From positions 1 through 32,728 of the IMG/VR virus record IMGVR_UViG_3300016471_000416: DNA of 32,728 nucleotides, one strand, 5' to 3'. Under the pieces are notes generated by a model. That model was not told where the DNA came from and made no database searches. It was given only the letters and a program-made list of their open reading frames with translations. Positions within the stretch are counted from its first letter, which is position 1; the number at the start of each line of letters is the position of its first letter. Shown here in pieces: positions 28,802 through 32,728 of the stretch. Source of the stretch: a virus (taxonomy: Duplodnaviria > Caudoviricetes). Position numbers and translations under genes: made by a program.

Positions 28802-29719
28802 ATGTCAGTAACAATTACAGAAATTCTTGGAACCGATTCTATATCCGGATCTAGATTAACCCTTAATGCTAATTTTTTACTCTTAGAAAACGCTTACAAT
28901 GATTTGGAGAGCACTTTTAATATCAATGTGTTAACTGGATCAATGGACATTTCTAGTGCATCAAGTGGTCAAATAAAAGCTAAGTCACTTCTAGCTAATA
29001 GCTTAGTTATGCCTTCTTCTGGTTCACCAACTATCCAGATGTACGGGACTGGAGCTAGTGGAGGATCTATTGTTTTCAGTAACACTGTAGCAGGGGCAAC
29101 TGGTATTTTCTCTAACGTACTTCAGGCAAATACTTTTTCTGCATCCGGATCCTCAACTTTTGGTGCAACAGCAACATTCCAAAGCGTTCTTAATCTAGAC
29201 GGAAGAATGACAGTAGGTGCTTCGGGTAATTTTGTAAATACAAACAGAAAAGCAACTGTAGGTTCTACTACAGCTTTTCCATCAGCTCCAGGGGCAGGAG
29301 TTACTGGTACTTACTCTAATCCATATCAATTAACCCTAACAGAAAATGTTATTTATATACAATCAGATTATGTTTCGAGTGCAACTGGAGATGCTTCGAA
29401 CGCCACTGGATTTTTCTTTTATGCAACAACAGGTGCTGGAGCAACTGCTTCTGGTATTCCTGCTGGTTACACAGTAACCCTAGTTGATACTGCTACAACT
29501 GCTGGAGTAATAGCTACCGGAGTTACTGGGCCTTCTCCTTATTACTATACTGGTTTCTCAACAGGTGACGCATCTTATTCAGATCCTAACATACAAACCC
29601 CAGGAAATCCTTATAAGTCTTCTATTACTCTTATATGGGAACCTAGAATAGATCAAGGAGCGGTATCTCAAAAAGGATCTTGGATAATAGTATCAGACAC
29701 TTCAGGATTTACATACTAA
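28802..29719 (+). CDS. Putative virion structural protein, Ser/Thr/Gly/Ala-rich
   Basis: 305 aa. N-terminal GTDSISGSRLTLNANF resembles the baseplate/fibre attachment motif of gp9/gp10-like proteins. Very few charged residues. Confidence 0.6.
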   Translation: MSVTITEILGTDSISGSRLTLNANFLLLENAYNDLESTFNINVLTGSMDISSASSGQIKAKSLLANSLVMPSSGSPTIQMYGTGASGGSIVFSNTVAGATGIFSNVLQANTFSASGSSTFGATATFQSVLNLDGRMTVGASGNFVNTNRKATVGSTTAFPSAPGAGVTGTYSNPYQLTLTENVIYIQSDYVSSATGDASNATGFFFYATTGAGATASGIPAGYTVTLVDTATTAGVIATGVTGPSPYYYTGFSTGDASYSDPNIQTPGNPYKSSITLIWEPRIDQGAVSQKGSWIIVSDTSGFTY

Positions 29720-29733
29720 TTAAGCATTTATAA

Positions 29734-31917
29734 ATGGCAAAGACACCCTATATAAGACCTATAGCAGTTCAAGGAGGTACATTTTATACCTTCTCTTCTG
29801 CTGCGGAGGATCTAACTTTAACTTTTAATAATTCATTAAAGAAGTTTACTTTCTCTAAGTATGCTCTTTTAAAGTTACCGGAGTTTGGAAGTCCAATTTA
29901 TGGGGAGAATACTTTTCAGTTCAATGCTATAGATACGACATTTTTGGATGCTGCAGACGGAAATTTTATTCTGACGAATCCGAACAATTTAAGCCCCTCT
30001 CCTGAAATATCTTTCCAGAACTATTGCTTGAATTTAGAATCAACTGTTATATCTGATCCTAATTATAATCCGGAGCTAAAAAGAAATGTATCCGAAAGGA
30101 TATTTTGGAAATGGGTAAAAGAATTAGGAGGCGTAAGATATAGAGCAGCAAATCCAAATGAAGTAGTTTCTTCTCTAAATCAAACCACAACCACTACAAA
30201 AGACGGTTACCCATACTCAGACAAAAGATGGGTAGAAGAAGATACATTTTTAACGGGTAACGGAACCCCAACCCCAAGATATGAAAGAATAGTTCAATAT
30301 ATTGGCGATATTGACGTTGTAAACTCTGTTCAGAATTCAGAAAATGCTTATTCTGAAGTTTATATACACGTACCAACTGGCGACGGGGCAACACCTTATG
30401 TTTTGTTTAAAACAGTAGCTGATGAGAATTATTATCCGGACAGAACTTGGACACACTTACCTCCCGATCCGGCTGACACTGAGTATATTCAAGGTAGAGA
30501 TTCAGCTGCTGGATTATATGGACCTAATGGACTTCCTAAACTAGCTATTTTTGATCAGGATGTATTAGGAAACCCTGGAGTTAGCGGTACCTCATCTACT
30601 GGATCGTTTTCTAATAACTGGTATTCACCTAGAGATGAAGCTAATTCCTACTTTAGTGATGCAACGTTTTTTGATTCTTCTAACTACATACTAGAAAAAT
30701 ATCTTGCTGCGTCTGGACCTACTGGATATACAGTTACTTACAAAAGAAATAACCTTGACGGTGTTCAGATAGACTTTGATCCGGCTTCTTATAAAGCTAT
30801 TCAGAGTTATGTTGGTATTTCAACAATAGAAGAATGGAACGGAACTCCTACTACTACTTCTTTTGAATTTAATGCGGTGTTGGTTTATTATGATGTTTAC
30901 GATCCTAATAACCCAACCGATTCTGAAACAAATTTATATGGGATTCTTTTCCTAAACGATCCGGAGCCTATTTCAACAAATGCGGGAAAATTACCTTCAT
31001 TTAAGAAATTTAAACCGGATCCTATTACCAAACTGAACGGTAATTCATACGGATTTAAAATTAATCTGAAGTTTGATACCGATGTAGAAAGTACCGGAGT
31101 AGAGCAGGCAATTAATGATTACTCATCTTTCTCTCTTTCTATCTTTATGGATGCTGCTACTGTTTTACAAGATGCAGCTAAAAATCTAAATGATAGAACT
31201 TTAGAGATAATAGGAATGCAAGAAGACATTACTGCTCTTAAGGATCTTATTATTAATACCGATGATAGTGCAGAGATTAAGGCAAGATTAGATGTGATAG
31301 AAGCTTCTTTACAGGCTAACCAGGCTCTTTTTGATAACACACAAGATGTTCTTAGCTTAATAGAAAAGAATACTGATGATATAAATGACATATTACAAAA
31401 TCAGACTTCTATTAATATGTCTTATAATCTGGATCTATTAAAAGACGGTAAGGGAACGTTTGTAGATAGAAGTATTCCTAACATATTAAAAGTCGACGTA
31501 ACACAACAAGACTATAATATCTCAAGTAATTCTGTTTTCACTATAAATCCAGTTGCAGGAAATACTATTCCACTTGTAATATACACTAACTACTTGAAGC
31601 ACAAAAACAATGGTGTATCAATAAATGCAAATAATGACATAGTAATAAGATTAGATGATAGTCTTGTTAAATGGCAGAAAGGACAAGTAATAAGATTAGT
31701 AATTGGCGATGAAATAGATCTTGGAAATTATTCATTAGTCATATTAACAGATGCTCTTGGCGAATATCCAAAATCTGCTCCATCAGGGGTATCATACTCA
31801 TCAGTTGTTGCTGGATTCCTAAATATACAATTCTCAGGATCTAATTACAAACCCGTATTTGATATAGTTTGTGTAGATGAAAAGAACCTAATATTTGAAG
31901 TAGATCAAATAAGATAA
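29734..31917 (+). CDS. Putative virion structural protein with a C-terminal-half coiled coil
   Basis: 727-aa ORF with acidic beta-rich composition and a heptad-like stretch LQDAAKNL...LIEKNTDDINDIL. Function inferred from context. Confidence 0.65.
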   Translation: MAKTPYIRPIAVQGGTFYTFSSAAEDLTLTFNNSLKKFTFSKYALLKLPEFGSPIYGENTFQFNAIDTTFLDAADGNFILTNPNNLSPSPEISFQNYCLNLESTVISDPNYNPELKRNVSERIFWKWVKELGGVRYRAANPNEVVSSLNQTTTTTKDGYPYSDKRWVEEDTFLTGNGTPTPRYERIVQYIGDIDVVNSVQNSENAYSEVYIHVPTGDGATPYVLFKTVADENYYPDRTWTHLPPDPADTEYIQGRDSAAGLYGPNGLPKLAIFDQDVLGNPGVSGTSSTGSFSNNWYSPRDEANSYFSDATFFDSSNYILEKYLAASGPTGYTVTYKRNNLDGVQIDFDPASYKAIQSYVGISTIEEWNGTPTTTSFEFNAVLVYYDVYDPNNPTDSETNLYGILFLNDPEPISTNAGKLPSFKKFKPDPITKLNGNSYGFKINLKFDTDVESTGVEQAINDYSSFSLSIFMDAATVLQDAAKNLNDRTLEIIGMQEDITALKDLIINTDDSAEIKARLDVIEASLQANQALFDNTQDVLSLIEKNTDDINDILQNQTSINMSYNLDLLKDGKGTFVDRSIPNILKVDVTQQDYNISSNSVFTINPVAGNTIPLVIYTNYLKHKNNGVSINANNDIVIRLDDSLVKWQKGQVIRLVIGDEIDLGNYSLVILTDALGEYPKSAPSGVSYSSVVAGFLNIQFSGSNYKPVFDIVCVDEKNLIFEVDQIR

Positions 31918-31921
31918 AAAA

Positions 31922-32728
31922 ATGTCGAATACTAAAAATTCATTCTCATCATTAATAGCACAATTCTTAAGACTTCAAAAGAACTCTTTAGAAATTATAA
32001 ATAAGTTGAATGATGTTACAACATCACCTAGGGACTCTGTTGAGATAGAATTCTTAAAAGATGATAACACTTCTGAAAATATTCAAGTTCCTTCGATAGG
32101 ATATTTAAAGTCGGAGATAAATCGTCTGAATGATAATATACAGACTTTATCCGGACTTGGTGACAGCAAGGCAAACATCAGAAATCCTGATGGGACAGTT
32201 TCTAAAATATATCAAGCTAATATATTAAAAGACCCTTCTTCTCCTTCTAGTCTTCAAGTTCCTTCCACCTTCCAGGCTAGAAATAACTGGTTTTTTGAAT
32301 CTTTTTTAAATCCTCTTCTTTATATTCAGATTGATGTAGAGAATCAAATACCAGATAATTCAGAAAAAGTCTATGTTAAAAGAATCATTGCTAGCACACA
32401 GACCGATGTACAAAAACAATATTTTGATAATAACCTAAAGGGAAGAAACGATCTTTCTGATAGTGATTTTATATCCTCTTTAGAAAGTCAGGGAATAACA
32501 TATTTCATAGACGAGCAGATAAATGAGCTTGAATTAAGAAGCGTTAGATACATTGGATCATTTGGTGTGCTTAGAATATATGATGAAGAAATACAGGTAA
32601 CACAAAATGATATAACAACAACCGATACTGTAAGAAAATATAAATTAAACACATTAAAGTATACAGACACTTTATCTGATACAACAAACTCTAGAACCCT
32701 AGCGAAAGGAGATCTTTTGATTACTCCA
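31922..32728 (+). CDS. Partial CDS (3' end truncated by window edge), probable virion protein
   Basis: Not in the ORF track. Manual translation from ATG 31922 gives MSNTKNSFSSLIAQFLRLQKNSLEII...NSRTLAKGDLLITP, 269 codons with no stop. Confidence 0.85.
   Translation, partial: MSNTKNSFSSLIAQFLRLQKNSLEIINKLNDVTTSPRDSVEIEFLKDDNTSENIQVPSIGYLKSEINRLNDNIQTLSGLGDSKANIRNPDGTVSKIYQANILKDPSSPSSLQVPSTFQARNNWFFESFLNPLLYIQIDVENQIPDNSEKVYVKRIIASTQTDVQKQYFDNNLKGRNDLSDSDFISSLESQGITYFIDEQINELELRSVRYIGSFGVLRIYDEEIQVTQNDITTTDTVRKYKLNTLKYTDTLSDTTNSRTLAKGDLLITP

Noticed and set aside
15-32670. Short minus-strand ORFs in the track (e.g. 9918..10334, 13185..13517, 19799..20158, 25459..25776, 32488..32670) and the nested plus ORF 12218..12412
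   Set aside because: They lie within or across longer, motif-supported genes and have the Phe/Ser/Ile-rich composition of antisense shadows.

Overview
AT-rich, densely coding, almost entirely plus-strand segment of a large (jumbo/huge-type) T4-like myovirus genome, read in the standard genetic code. Most of the window is a contractile-tail virion module: putative tube initiator, gp53/LysM-like protein, gp27-like hub, a tube-like protein with a long Tyr/Pro/Gly repeat tail, a gp5-like spike without lysozyme, a 1699-aa orphan, a gp13-like neck, gp25, gp6, a 2258-aa gp7-like wedge carrying beta-propellers, and three further probable virion genes (the last runs off the right edge). Non-structural genes are interspersed: a Nudix hydrolase, a four-domain ribosomal protein S1 (bS1) homolog coupled to an amidoligase-like (COOH-NH2 ligase) gene, a small solenoid-repeat gene with a decayed paralog upstream, and an antisense phoH. 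Two candidate promoter motifs were read from the DNA: GRRTATATA (mainly before structural units) and GAAAYT-N17/18-ATAAAA (before non-structural units). All family assignments come from motif recognition and gene order, not database searches. No tRNA, rRNA, CRISPR array or transposase was seen.
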